From Carcharhinus longimanus (Eukaryota): DNA of 64,000 nucleotides. A program made the position numbers and the translations under genes. The notes below the pieces were generated by a model. That model was not told where the DNA came from, did no database searches, and worked only from the letters and a program-made list of their open reading frames with translations. Shown in pieces: positions 38,270-50,680 of the stretch. Numbering within the stretch: the first letter of the stretch is position 1; every line of letters starts with the position of its first letter. The stretch spans positions 24,027,606 to 24,091,605 of the forward strand of contig JASCQW010000119.1 in assembly GCA_030264375.1 (NCBI GenBank), in the 5' to 3' direction.

Positions 38270-38735
38270 TGTTATGGACAAAAGAGAGAGGCAAATTGAA
38301 TTTCTTTATCCTCTCACCATCAGTCCATAAGCAGAGATTTTTTGAATTATTTTTAGTCTAGTGTATTTCACCAAAACTTTAATTTATGTAGTCCAAATTT
38401 ATAAGTAACACACAGCAAACTCTCTTTAGGATTAAATCAGGAGGTGAGTTTCTTTCACATTCACATCTGGGGGAAGGGGGATATTCACGACTTCACACTC
38501 ACACGCACAAACACATGCATATTATAAGGGTGATAGAGAAGAGAGAGTTTTTACAACTATATATAACCATAGCACAGGAACCACAGAAATGAATATCTTT
38601 TCACATGATTTCAAGAGACCGCAAAGTCAAAGTCCAGGGAGTGGGTCTTTCAGGGTAGAATTTGGTTCAGATGAGTTCCTGATTAGAGACAGCAGCATGA
38701 GAATCCGTGAAAAGGAACAAGGATGTAACACAATG
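38270..38735 (-). mobile_element. Probable LTR fragment
   Basis: Begins TGTTATGG abruptly after the Deu-SINE, is non-coding, and is truncated by a CR1 piece at ~38735. Confidence 0.4.
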
Positions 38736-39199
38736 AGGTTTCTGTAGGGATGTGGGAAAGTGGGAAATTATCTAATTTGGCTGGAAGGATAAAAGAGAAG
38801 CATATTTTCTAAATGGTGAGATTGTAGACCGAAGGGATACAGAGGGATCTGGATGTCTTAGTGCATGAATCGCAAGAACAAGTAATTAGGAAAGCTGACA
38901 GAAACATTAACTCCTTTTGCTCTACACAGATGCTGTCAGACCTGCTGAAGTTTTCTGGCATTTTTGCTTCAGATACCAGCACCCACAGTAATTTAGTACT
39001 ACCATTCCATCCACCAAATCCACTAGATGTGCCTTCTAAATCACATTTATTTTCCTCAACATATCCCTAAAACAGCTATCGGAGAAAATGGCGAAAGAGT
39101 CATGATGATTCATCAATTAATATAGGAACTGCCAGGTTACTATGCAACAGTCAATTAAATTCAGGCCACATGTTATCAAGAAATGGCTTTAGTCACAGG

Positions 39200-40372
39200 A
39201 TACTGCAAAGACTATTGGTCCTGACAACATTCTGGTAATGGTACTAAATGCTTCTGCTCCGAACAAGCCAGGACCCTAACCAAGCTGTTCCAGTATACTT
39301 ATAACGTCGGAGTCTGCCGGGCAAAGTGGAAATTGCCCATGTTGTCTTGTCCACAATAGGCAGGACAAATACAACTGAGCAAATTGTTATTGACAGTGCT
39401 AACGAGTGAAATTTAAACAGCAATATCCAGCTCAATAACACTCAGTTGGATTCTGCCAAGGCCAGTCAGCTCCAAATCTCATTACAGCCTTTCTCAAAAC
39501 ATGGACAACAGACCTGAAATCATGAGGTATGATGAGAATGACTATCTTTGGATATCAAGGCAGCAATTGATGAAGTGTTGCAAGATTGAAATTGGGTGAT
39601 GGGGGGAGGCGTGGGAAGTGGGGGAGGTGTGGAAAGTGTGGGGNNNGGGGCTCCACACTGGTTGGAGTCATTCCCAGCACAACGGAAAAATGGTTGTAGT
39701 TATTGGAGGCCAATCATTTCAGTCTCCGGTACTCCTCTTGGAACTAGGGCATAGGCTCAACCATATTCAGTTGCCTTATCAATGACCTTCTCACCAACAT
39801 TAGGTCAAAAGTGATGTTCGATGATGAACAAACAGTGTTCAGAACCATTCCGACTCCTCAGATACAAAAGCAGTCTGTACTCACATGCAATAGGGTCTAA
39901 AAAACATTCTTGTTTATGCTGCTACACAGCAAGTAACATTCATGTCACATCAGGCAGTGACCATCTCCAACAAGAAAATCAAACAATGCCCCCCTGACAT
40001 CCACCACCTTCAACATTCACTCAGGCCACCACTGACGCACCATTCGTGTGTACCATCTTCAGAATGCATTGCACGAACTCACCAAGGCTTCTTTGGCAGC
40101 ACCTTCTAAATCCATGACCTCTACCATCTAGAAAGATAAGGGCAAAACCACCTGCAAGTTCCCCTCCAAGTGACATCCCATTCTGACTTGGAAATATATC
40201 ACCATTTCTTCACTGCAGTTGGGTCAGGATCCTGGAACTCTGTCACTAACAGCAGTGTGGATGTACATACACCACATGGAATGAAACAGTTCACCACCAT
40301 CTTCTTGAAGGACAATTAGGAATGGGCAGTAAATGCTAGTTCTGCCAATGATACCCACATTCAGTGAAATAA
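39200..40372 (+). mobile_element. L2-group LINE, decayed RT and 3' end
   Basis: LGHRLNHIQLPYQ region with the TIFSCLINDL and MFDD motifs near 39760-39825; 3' end GACAATTAGGAATGGGCAGTAAATGC..CCCACAT. Confidence 0.8.
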
Positions 40373-41636
40373 TTTTAGAAAGTGTACCCCAATCTGAATA
40401 CAGCTAATTTGAAATAATATGTTTCTTCCCCTACTATTGCTCTTCCTCTTCATGTCCATTTCTGGCATGTTCTTGTGAGATGAGGAGTTCCTTGTAGATA
40501 TTCCCCAAAGTAATAGAAAAATAGAAACTGTAATTCCAATTGATCTTTGGGTTTAAAATGAAAGGTTCAAACTGTGACTTTAGCAATATTAAAACTTGTG
40601 ATATATTTGGCTAAAATTTGGCTGAACACTGGATCCATTTGAGCAATTTCTCACTGAGTGTTTTGCTCAACACAATAATTTAGCAGACAGCCTATTTTCA
40701 CCTGGGAGTGGGTTATAAGGCTGTTACAGACACAAAGCAGTAAATGTTCCTTGAACTGTAAAACAATCTGACTTATGTACAAAGGCTAAATCACAAAGCC
40801 AACACCAGGACCTTGTGAAATAGGTAAATGGAAAACAAAGCTACAAGGCTGGATTCTCTGATCTCACCCATGGCTCGGATTCCCCAGTCCTACTGTAGTG
40901 AAAGGAGATTTGACTGAGTGCCAAATACTCCATTTTTGCTGTCAGCAATGGCAGGGTGTGAATGGTGGCGAATTCTACTCAGCCACCAGTCAGCTGTCTT
41001 TATATACATTGCTCTTCATGCTTGAATGCATCTCAAGTACCCCTATTGTTCCTAACTGCAATGTTTACAAAGTTTCTAAATCTGATTGACAACTGTGGTT
41101 TCTTCAAGAGTGTTAAGTGGTTGCACTTCCTCTTTTGCAGATCAGTTATTTGGTGGGGCGGGGCCTAATAGAGCAGCAGGGCCAACTCCATAGAGATCGA
41201 GGTACCATCTTTAAAGGATGCAGTGATCAGTACTGGGGTTGAACACCCCCATCCTCACCCTCACCCCGGAGGTATCAGGCTCTCTTGGTTTTACATCCAC
41301 ATAAATTTTCCACCAGACCTCCCATTGGTGCTTGTCATGGTGGATGAGGAAATCGACTGGAGGCCGGCATGAAGTTGATTTGCATTCGGCCAATGGAATA
41401 GAACATAGAACACTACAGCACAAACAGGCCCTTCGGCCCACGAGTTGCGCCGAACACATCAACACCTACCAATCTATAGACCTATCTATGACCCCCAATC
41501 CCATTAAACTTGATTAACAATACTTGATTAACAAGAGGCGAAAAGTTATCGGGGGTAGGCAGGATTGTGAGGTTGAGGTTACAATCAGATCAGCACGATC
41601 TTATTGAATGGTAGAAGAAACTCGAAGGGCCAAGTG

Positions 41637-41677
41637 GCCCTTAATTCCTTCTCTTAATTCCTTCTCTTAATTCCTTT
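41637..41677. repeat. 13-bp tandem repeat CTTAATTCCTTCT x3, inside a CR1 tail
   Basis: Read directly from the sequence. Confidence 0.85.
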
Positions 41678-43619
41678 GTTCATATGGCCTTCCTGCTCAT
41701 TGCTCCCCTACCTCACCCTCCCAGTCACTGCTTCCCTGCCATCCCTGCTGCTCACCACGTTCTTGCTTGAGTCTTTCAGTTGCCACTTCCTCTCTTGAAT
41801 ATTTGCTGTGAACCAGGGATCAGGAAGGTGCCAGTGACAAGGATATTCAGGCAGGGTAACTCGAATGATGGGGAGTCGGGCAGGGAAGTGGTGAACAGGA
41901 AGATCAGGGAAGGAGGATTGGGAGGTTGGCCATGAGAGTCAGGTTGGGGAGTGGCGAGGGTCGTGGGTTGGGGAGGGAAACGGCGAGAGTTGGGGAGAGG
42001 AGCAGCGAGGGCTGTGAAGAGGAGCAGCGAGAGTCGGATAGGGGAGTTGGGAGAAAGTCTCAAGAATGGGAGGGACCATTCTAAAGTGACTCCAATCAAT
42101 GTGCATTGTCAGCCCAGGGTGAAACAACACTAAATCCAAAGTCCAGATGCTAAGTGCATATATCGATCTGATTATGTCCACGATTCTAATGTGAAACACC
42201 TCTGAATGAGGCAACATAAATCATAAATTCTCAATCTGCATTCATTGGCTGTTACATTGAAGGAATGGTTAGCAAAATATTGGGCACTTAATTCATACAT
42301 GAATTTATCTTTTCAATTTGAGGGGCAACATGATCCAGATTTTTAAAGTAAGGTGAATGCATTTATACAAATTCAAACATCTTAAATTTCCTGCAAATAA
42401 AAAACTTGAGCTGGAAGATATTTCCACTCCTCCCTAGATTCCCCTGAACCTGTAGACAGTGGTGGATATGAAATTCCTCGATGGAACACCTGCTTCTTGA
42501 ACTCTGGTTAAGAATGTGCTTAAGGGCTGTGAGAAGAAGTATAGACAAAGATAACTGAATGCTGTCGGAACCTGAAGATTTCTTAACTGTTGGACCAATG
42601 GCCTGACATTTGTTGTGTAGAGTGTAAGGACATGGAAATTTGTTCCACTAACTGCTCTTGACTACTGATTTGAAAGCTAAGCACAAGTAGCAAGCTTCGT
42701 AAGAGAGATGCTTCAACAAGGGCTCTCATTGAGCAAACTGTTGGCCTCGATCTCTGGTCAGATGGGGATCTTTCAGTACAGATTGGACCACTTTTAAGAT
42801 TCATCATTGTTGTTGTTAGCTTTTCAGAGAGGTGTTGCCTTGGAGACCCCTGTTGCCCCTGGAGATCACACTCTGAAATGTGCCGGGGCCGAGCTAGGAT
42901 CTGCAGTTGTAAGATCAAGTGATGCTTTCAGTTCAACTGCATGCCCTCAACTTAATTTTCTCCTGAACCTGAAATTTAAAAAAAAGGGATGTTAGCATTT
43001 AGTGACAAAGGTAAGTAGAGATAGATGAGGGGCCTCCAGAAACATCAGAAGCAGTCATGCATCATCTCTACAGCAAGAATTAAATGAAGCGGGTTCTTGG
43101 GTAAGCTGGCTTCAAACTGTAGCAGAACTTGTTTTTCCAACTTCCCAGGTGCCACTTCTCTGACGTGTTTTCTGCTAATTCTTCCCTTGATCTGCTGGGC
43201 AACAGCAAGTTGATGTAACAAGTAGCGTTGGTCACGCCTCTTGTTTTATTTTACATTATGATCTACATAAATGTTGGGGTTCTCCTTGAAGCAAAGCATT
43301 TGAGTGTGTTACGATGTTGATATTTTGTGCATAAAAGTGCTTCTAATTAAATAGATTTACTAATGGATAGGATGAGCACACATCCCTGCTTTGCTTAACA
43401 TCCGATAACGATGTTAGACATTCTGGTGTAGGAATACCACATGTCACTTTTCTAACAATTTGTCTTAATTCCAGTTTCAAATAAACACTCTCTGCTGCAT
43501 TTCTGTTACATGTAATTAATATAATTAAGAGAACACCACAATAAATAGGCTGAATTGAAAAATATGGAAGCTGTATTGAGCCAACTGGTGGACATGCAAC
43601 CAGCTGAATCTTTATCAAA

Positions 43620-44100
43620 TGTCAGGCAATATGGAACACACTTGTTCGACTAATTGAGCGGGATTTTGATCCAATGAACAATTGTGGATTTTTTTTTGCT
43701 CAAAGTAGGTATGAGGAAAATTCTTCAAAACATTTTAGTTTACCTCCAAGTAACCCTGTTACTTTACAGTAGGTTAATGAGCTCTGTCAAGGAATATTGC
43801 TATCTATGGCAATCTGCACAACTCAATGTACCACAGTCACACTTGTCCTGAAGCCTTGAGCTCATTGCGTGCTCCTGTAACACTCGGTTTGTCCTCTGTG
43901 CAGCAGGATCTAGTGAAAGAGATGCAAATATTCAGAACCAGAAGGAATAGTTTCATTGGAAGTAAGTGGATGCCTTTGCTCAAGTTCAGTGCCCACCAGA
44001 ACAGGCAATGAACAGGACACATTTATCAAGAATTGTGTGTCAAATTGTGAAGGAGTTTTTGAATGAGATTTCAGAAGTGTGCTGTGTTACTTATTCTGCT
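43620..44100 (+). mobile_element. Highly decayed PIF/Harbinger transposase remnant
   Basis: Collinear degenerate motifs: AIWNTLV (~AIDCTHV), LNV, IGSKWMPL (~LGDKGYPL), NRTHLSRIV and GV..MRF (~NRAH..TR..IE..FG.LK.RF). Confidence 0.4.
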
Positions 44101-45480
44101 GACAGTGGTAATATTGGGCACAGGGAGAAGGGAGAAAGCAGGAAGAGAATGTCAGGCATGTTTTAGCATTACTGTTGCTCAGAGCAAATGAAAAAATAAC
44201 TTCTTATTTTCTCAAGTTGGCCAAAACCACCTGGGACAAACATTTTCTGATGCCAAGAGATCAGCATGCCTGCGCTAACTCCCAGCATTTTCAAACTCGT
44301 CATGGTTATGGCAGGCTTGTAAAGCTAGAAGAAGCTGCATGCATCCTTCCTGGGAACAGGAAGTTGGATTCAGCGATGTAAACAGTCATAGGAATCTCAG
44401 AGGTGCTAGTGCCCCATTACAAATTAGAATAGTCCCTTCTGTAAATCAAGACAACCCAGTTTTTGCACTCCAAAATTCATATATTTTGCATATAATTGGC
44501 ATACAAGTCTACCCTTCTCCTCTTCAGCCATGACATTCTAATCATGATTCACAGTTAGCCTCAATTTTTCACCCCACCAAGGGCATGTTTTAATTACTGA
44601 TGTAACTNNNNNNNNNNCCGGGTTGGAGTCGCACCCCAGTAACATGATGGCCAAGGAAGGTGCATTCATAACAGATTGAGTATCAATCTGCAAAAGCCCT
44701 CTAACACAGCAATGGCAGGCGGTAAGAGTGGGAGGCTCGTGATCTATTCCAGAAGAAAACTCACTATGGGAACAGGTGAAAGTTTGTCTGTGCACCACTA
44801 GGTGAAGGAAGATAAACAACAATAACCTTTATAACTGCCACAAGAAATCAAACAGGAGATAGGGGCTGTATGGTGAAGATGTGTAGAAGTGTAAAACATG
44901 CGCACACTTTGTTGGATGCTGATGACATTTGAAAATAGCAATCCCGGTTCCCTTTAATACATGGGATGTGAGTTGACCCACTATTTTTGGAGGAATGGTT
45001 TGAGGCTTCAAAGCTCGACTTAGACACAGACATCTACGATATATGAACTCACCTCGGGAGTGTTCCATGTTCAAGGTGCAGAAAATGTGGAGACATACAA
45101 ACAGGAGTGGGCCATAAGGCCCTTCAAGCCNNNNNNNNNNNNNNNNNNNNNNNNNNNNNNNNNNNNNNNNNNNNNNNNNNNNNNNNNNNNNNNNNNNNNN
45201 NNNNNNNNNNNNNNNNNNNNNNNNNNNNNNTCTGAAACACCAGTGGGAAAACACGCTGGTCCAAACCATCTCTGGAACAATGTGGCACGTAGATGACAGA
45301 ACTTTCCTAAACAATGCTTTGGGCAGCTTCCAGGCTCCTGGATGGAGGCTGTCAACAACCCTGGATCCCAGAACACCACAGCAGTGGGTCAGGGAGTACC
45401 TACAGGTGGAGCTTCCAAACTCAGTGTCCTGGATGGTGTGCATCTTCTGGTCTCAGAATCTTCCTGGCGATATATCTTCA

Positions 45481-45750
45481 TGAGGCCATTTGGCCCATTG
45501 AGCCTGCACTGAAAACAATCCCACTCAGGTCCTATCCCCATAACTTCACATATTTATCCTGCTAATATATCTTGACATTAAGGGACAACTTAGCATGGCC
45601 AATCAACCTAACCCACACATCTTTGGACTGCGGGAGGAAACTGGAGCACCCAGACGAAACCAACGCAGGCATGAGGGGAATGTGTAAACTCCACACAAAT
45701 AGTCACTCAAGGCTAGAATTGAACCCAGGTCCTGGCGCTGTGAGGTAGCG
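45481..45750 (-). mobile_element. HE1-type V-SINE
   Basis: Reverse-complement core and tail. Confidence 0.9.
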
Positions 45751-45769
45751 AGTTTCCTTTCTTCAACAA

Positions 45770-45895
45770 TGGTGATGTGGAGATGCTGGTGTTGGCCTGG
45801 GGTAGGCACAGTTAGAAGTTTCACAACACCAGGTTAAAGTTCAACAGGCTTATTGGATAGCATGAGCTTTCGAAGCGCTGCCCCTTCATCAGGTA
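45770..45895 (-). mobile_element. Penelope-like element terminal fragment
   Basis: Minus strand reads CCTGATGAAGGGGCAGCGCTTCGAAAGCTC..AATAAGCCTGTTGAACTTTAACCTGGTGTTGTG..CAACACCAGCATCTCCACATCA. Confidence 0.75.
45861..45895 (-). ncRNA. Minimal type I hammerhead ribozyme motif (Penelope-associated, slightly decayed)
   Basis: UAC-CUGAUGA-A-GGGGC-AGC-GCUUC-GAA-AGCU-C-AUG: core boxes, a 5-bp stem II, a palindromic AGCU stem III and a CUC cleavage triplet. Confidence 0.65.
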
Positions 45896-46399
45896 TCTTC
45901 AATAATGGGTCAGTGATGTTGGGTATCTTTTCAATATAGCGCCCAGAACTACACACCATCAGACCTGCCCTGCCACAGAACACTGCGCAAAACCTGACTA
46001 CATGATTAATGAGACTGGAGCTGGAAGATTTAGTGTGTTTTCCCATCAGTTTCAGCAGCAGGAAACACTCCATGTTCCCACTCTCACCACAAGACATAGT
46101 TTCAGATGGGAGAATTCTGTCCATTGTATCTCTTTTCACCAAAGACGGGGATGAAACAGACGTTAAAATCAGAGAGAGTATGAAAAAATAGATGAAATCA
46201 ACACATATCCAAGTACTTCTTTAATATTTTGAGGGTTTCTGCCTCTCCCATCCTTTCAGGCAGCAAGTTCTAGATCCCCACTCCATTCTGGGTGAAAGGA
46301 ATCCCCAATAAACTTACCGTCTCTTAACCTAAATCATTGCTGCCCCTGGTAGCAATAGACTTTAAGAGGACACATAGGGGCTGGTGGGATGGGTGGGCA

Positions 46400-47130
46400 C
46401 GTGGCAGATGAAATTCAATGCAACAAAGCCTGAGTTTTGTTTGCACGGATAAGGAGGGGCAATACAAGCTAAGTGGCACAACTTTCAAATGGATGCAAAT
46501 TTAGAAGTTTGCATGTGAAGCTGTGATGGCAGTAAGGTAGATTAACAGGTAATAAAACACAGTTTATAATTAAGAGGTAGAAAGTACAAAAGTCAATAAA
46601 TTATCCTAGACCTATAAAAGTTGGAATATTATGTCTAATTGAAGGCTGTGGAGAGGTTAATGAAGACATGTCCTGGGTGTCTCCAGAGATAATGGATTAG
46701 AGCTATGTGGACAGACTGGAGAAGCTGGGGCTGTACTCCTTAGATACGAAAAGGCTGTGCAGAGATTTGATTGAGGTGTTTAAAAGCATAAAGGATTTAT
46801 GTTGAACAATCAAAAAAAAAATTTTCTGATGGTTGAAGGGTCAACAACCAATAGCCACAGACTTAAGGTCATTGGCAAGAGAACTTAAAAGAAACATGAG
46901 AAAACAAAACATCTTGTTAACACAAGTGGTTAGTGTTTGGAATGAGTTGCATGATAGGATGGTTTATCCATATTCATTAATACCTTTCAAAAGGTAAGTG
47001 GATAAATGCTTGAAGGATAAAACATTGCAGACATATGGGGAAAGAACAGCAAGGGGAGTGGGACAAACTAAAATAATACAACACAGAGAAAGACTATTCA
47101 ACTCATTTCGCGTTTACCAGCTCTTTTTAT
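46400..47130 (+). mobile_element. Old CR1-type LINE 3' fragment
   Basis: TWQMKFNATK and DRLEKLGLYSLDTKRLCRDLIEVFKSIKG. Confidence 0.85.
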
Positions 47131-47655
47131 GATTCTATACAGCATTTTGTATGACCGTGAAATGTTACAAGCAGTTTTATGACTTTTCAAGTATTATTTT
47201 GAAGCATAATTGCTGTTCTAAGACAGGAAAGCAAAAATTGAAGAAGACCCAAGAAGGCTGTCCCCTGGGACTCAGACTTTCAATGGCACCATTAACACTC
47301 CCTTCCCTTATGTCCATGACACCTCTATCAATTTTTCCTTAGCTCTGTCCTATCTCTGGTCTTTCATTCTGGCCCAACTCCCTCATGCACTAGAGAATCC
47401 ATTTACATTTCTGTCGCACTTCAATTCTATAGAAAAGTCATGCGGACTTGAAACATTCCTCTCTCCACAGATGCTGCAAGAGCTGCTGATCTTTTCCAGC
47501 ATTTTCTATTTTTAGTTTCACATTTCCAGCATCCGAAATATTTTGCTTTTATTTCAGGACTTTTCAGGTTCAGTCATTTTGGCAATATAGGAAATACAGC
47601 AGGTAATGTGAACAAAGCTAGATCCCACAAACAACAATATGACAATGAACAGATT

Positions 47656-48160
47656 GGGGGCAATCTTACTGGTGCGCCATGCTGGTTGAACAGTGTGCCA
47701 AGCTGTTAAGAACATGAAAAAGGCACAAAACTGGTTTGCAACTGGTTTCTCACTTCTTGCAATCTTACCGGCNNNNNNNNNNNNNNNNNNNCCTTACGGC
47801 CAGGAAGGGCCAGGAGTGAGGTGGTGGGTTGTCGGTAATATCTATGGGAGTGTGGGTGTGGGGGGGTGGGTAGTGCAATTGGCTTAGAGAGGCCAGTGAT
47901 CATGTGGTATTGGCCTGCGATATCTGGGGGTAGCGAGGTGGTGGTGGTGGTGGTGGTGGGGTGGGGGGGTGTACCAGGAGGTGGCAGTGATAGATCTCTC
48001 AGTCTGTTGCACAGAAAACTAAGAGATCTGTGCATGCCTGATAGTGCGTGCTAGTTGAGCAGTCGGTTTTCTAGCAAGAATAGACTCTATCCACTCCCCC
48101 CTACTAGCATGAATCATACTGTGTCTCTTTTTTTGCAGTAAGTGCCATAAGATTGTGTCT
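47656..48160. mobile_element. Non-autonomous TIR element (Harbinger-like)
   Basis: GGGGCAATCTTA ... TAAGATTGTGTC ends and a G-rich interior. Similar elements lie at ~4745-5195, 20955-21361, 59818-60290 and 63000-63750. Confidence 0.5.
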
Positions 48161-50324
48161 GAAAGCTTGCTGGAAAAATGGGTGCAATTCTCTCCTTCAC
48201 ACTCATTCAGGCACTTGGAATTTGTTTGGTAATATCACCCCACTGTCTTTTTTTGAGGGATAAATATTGGCCAGGGCTCGGGAGAAGTCCTTTGAGGCCG
48301 TTCTTCAGATTAATGCTGTTGGACCATTACCACCTCCTGGGGAAGAAATTTGATTTAACGCATTGTACGAAAGGTAGAACCTGCCCTGGGGAGTCAGTCA
48401 AGAATTTATTGCTCAAGGCTCCCAACCATCACACCCAGAGGTGGGAGGGCTGCAACGCCGCCAGGCCTGATGGGATGTAGCTGCCTATAACAACGGGAAG
48501 CAGGGGAAGGAAAACTGGCTGGGAAAATTGGAAAGAGAAAGGAGAAAAATCGCAGCGCTTGGATTGCACGACAGGGCTCATCGCGTTGCAGCAGGGCAGC
48601 CAGCAGAATGTTATCTGTTGGAAACACACGACTATCTGAGTATTGTGTTTCAGGCCCCAGGTCATTTCCAATCTATGGCAGAGTGGGAGACACACAGAAA
48701 AATGCTTCAACTCATGAATCATTCATCATTCTAGGTGCAGAACCTTAAATAGATATTTTCAAAAGGAGGGATAAAAATGAAGTGAAGTCTTTCTGCAGGG
48801 CTCTGCAGAGAGTCCTTATAATTGCGTGATTTAACAGCAAGGAATAATGCTCTTTTTTTCCCCCAAATCTCCCTAAGTACTTACTAGCAAGAAATTTAAA
48901 TCTTTTTACTGTCTGAATTGTAAACAAATTCTTAATTCCAAATGATTTATAAGAACAATTCCAGCTCTGCTTTAAAAGGATGATAATGAAAATTGAACCT
49001 TCCAAGCAGGTTTGAGCAGAGAGTCCTCATCATTCACAATTATTATTGCCAGGGAGCACACAAATTTTGTTCTTGAAGAAAACGAAAACCTTGCTTTACC
49101 CTCAGAGTTACTGCTTTTTGTAATAAATATGTTAAGTTTAGTCACGTTAGATTTGTACGAATGTCTAAACACTTTCAAGGTCCAGGACCAAATCTTCTTT
49201 GATCGTTTAATCTTAAAATGACCGACTGATGCTTGCAGAGCCAGAAAGTTCTGTTCGACGCAGAATGTGACTGGGGACTGTGTGCTTGAAATGCAAATGA
49301 AGCTTGGACATAGTCAGCCACAGTCCTTGTTCACAGGGACAGCCAGTGATTTTGAAGCGTGCTCAGGGATTAAAGCTATGGAGCACAAATCCTGGCACGA
49401 GCTCCATCTTGTTTGATGTGGCTCTGGGAACAGAACCCCACCATGGGCACAAATTCTTGAGCCAGTTTTTGCAACATCAAACGATAATTAAAGGCAGTGC
49501 AGAAAAGAAATGGGAGCGCAGATCAGCAAGGCTCTTGAACCACCAACTCACATCTTTCAAACAATTTCCCTATTCCCTGCATTAAAAGATTAAACGACCA
49601 AATCGGGAGAGTTCTCCTGGGGTCCTGCCAATGCTCATCTCTGAACCAGCATCATGACAAAAAACGGAATACTTAGTCCTTCATTTCATTCCTGCATATG
49701 TGATCTTGTGGTGTACAAATTTGTTGCTGCATTTCCTTCATTAACTCAACTGTGTGGCACATAATAGGATCTAAAAGTGGATGTCTTTTTATATTTGAGT
49801 GCTAAGACCCAAACAAAAGACAATATTATTAGAGTTATGCTTTACCACAAATGTGTTCTTACCACAAGTGTGCATATTCATCCCTTTTGCAAAAAGTTAC
49901 ATAATGAAATCATATACCGTCATTTTACCAGTGTATCTTATTCCTGCATATGCACACAAATATGGAATCTTAACATAATAGGCCCACCTCCAGCAAGAAG
50001 ACCAGTGGCAGGTGACTAACCCATTTGTAATTGAAGTTGACTTTTCCATCATCCTTTAACTCAACCACAGCATCAACGACTTTCTTTTTGACTTCTTTTA
50101 GTCACAGAGGACAAGCCTTTGTCAAAGGAAGAAGGATTTCAAATGAAAGCAATCCAAATAAGGGTCAGATTATACTGAATGAATCAATTCCAAAGGCTTC
50201 AGCAGCCACAGGAATGGAGAGATGGCCTAAGAAGGCTGTCCCCAGGTCTCAGACTCTTCACTACTAGGCGTGCTATGGATCTGAGGTGAAGTGCTGTTTC
50301 CAACAGGTAGGAGGAAGATAGTTT

Positions 50325-50680
50325 TTTTTATTTATTAATCACAAGTATGCTTACATTAGCATTGCAATGAAGTTACATTCCCAGTGGAGCTGTGGGGTAA
50401 GTAATTCAAATATCCTGTTAATTTAGGAGTTAACCCAATATCCTGGTGTCAGCAGCCAACGTGCAGGTTTCCTAAGCTGTGAAAATCCCCTAGTTTCCAC
50501 ATTCTGGCGCCTGTTCAGATATACTGAGGGAGAAATTAGCATGGTCACTGCATCTAACCAGCATGTCCTTCAGACTGTGGGAGGAAACCGGAGCAACAGT
50601 CAGTGACCCAAGCCTGGAATCGAACCTGGGTCCCTTCCGCTATAAGGCAGCAATGCTAACCACTCTGCCACTGTATCGCC
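50325..50680 (-). mobile_element. V-SINE variant interrupted by a ~100 bp insert (50377-50476)
   Basis: The SINE sequence GCAATGAAGTTAC|TGTGAAAATCCCC is split by the insert. Confidence 0.88.

Noticed and set aside
45380-45416. WVREYLQVEL as a discoidin (F5/8C) domain motif
   Set aside because: Only a few residues match, and the flanking domain motifs and splice sites are missing.
44829-45443. Long ORFs spanning N runs (also 54427-55008 and 18501-18908)
   Set aside because: Their length is inflated by assembly gaps.
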